Below are positions 63,291 through 64,000 of a stretch of 64,000 nt of DNA, one piece after another (the first letter of the stretch is position 1; each line of letters begins with the position of its first letter). The notes beneath the pieces are model-generated. The model did no database searches. It had not been told where the DNA came from and saw only the letters and a program-made list of their open reading frames with translations. The translations under genes and the position numbers were made by a program. Origin of the DNA: Malacoraja senta (taxonomy: Eukaryota); contig JAXLNO010000655.1 of NCBI GenBank assembly GCA_038087875.1, positions 310,001 to 374,000 of the forward strand. Reading direction: 5' to 3'.

Positions 63291-64000
63291 CACTGAACAT
63301 TCAGGACAGGGGTCATTTCTCATGGCCTCATTGGAACCAGCAGCGGGGACACAATATTACATCTGCTTTCCTGCAGTTATCAGACTCCTGAATGGACCTC
63401 TCATAAGCTAAGGATGAATCCCCAAAGATAGATACAAATCCTGACAACGGATGCTGTCTGCACGGAGTCTGTACGTTCACACCATGACACGCGAGGGTTT
63501 TCTCTGGGTGATCCTCCCGCACTCCAAAGACGTACAGGTATTTAAGTTAATTGGCTTTGGTAAAAAGTGTAAATTGTCCCTAGTGTGCAGGATAGTGCAC
63601 GTGTACACTGGTCGGCATTGACTCAGTGGGTCGAAGGGCCTGTTCCTGCGCTGTATCTCTAAAATCTAAAGTCTAAAACATCGCCTATCCATGTACTCCA
63701 AAAATGCTGCCTGACCCACTGAGTTACTCCAGCACTTTGTGTCTTTTTCTTAATGTAAACCAGCATCTGGAGTTCCTTGTGTCTACATCCCAGGAAGAGT
63801 CGCACTCCCTCTTCTCCCCTCTCCCATTGGTCCAAATGTGAAGAAGTGTGAAAACGCACACCTCCAGATTCAGGAACAGATTCTTCCCAGCTGTTATCAG
63901 TCAACTGAACCACCCTACCACAACTAGAGAGCGGTCCTGAGCCACTATCCACCCCATTGGAGACCCTCGGACTTTCTTTGATTGGACTTTACTGGCTTTA

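Overview
Eukaryotic (vertebrate) genomic DNA, most likely a skate/ray: it is saturated with HE1-type V-SINEs, CR1/HER1 LINEs and elasmobranch-type Penelope fragments. The minus strand carries the 3' nine coding exons of an F-spondin gene (spon1). They encode the end of the spondin domain and six thrombospondin type-1 repeats (TSRs), all have GT..AG boundaries, and splice to 1534 nt in one open frame ending at TAG 3267-3269. A TE-free 3' UTR and an AATAAA at 2456-2461 follow. No further spon1 exon was found in 30164-64000, which includes a 200-N gap at 34999-35198. The rest is intronic or flanking repeat: CR1, Rex1/Babar-like and L2-like LINE ends, HE1 SINEs, PIF/Harbinger-type MITEs and microsatellites. 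The most interesting signals are (i) many Penelope-derived palindromic mini-elements with 9-16 bp target-site duplications (TSDs) and a minimal hammerhead-ribozyme core, (ii) two chimeric 'captured sequence + Penelope end' units each present twice about 2.3-2.4 kb apart, and (iii) short locally templated duplications, one exactly at a LINE 5' junction. Repeat family names come from recall and motif reading, not from database searches; repeat boundaries are approximate unless a TSD is quoted.
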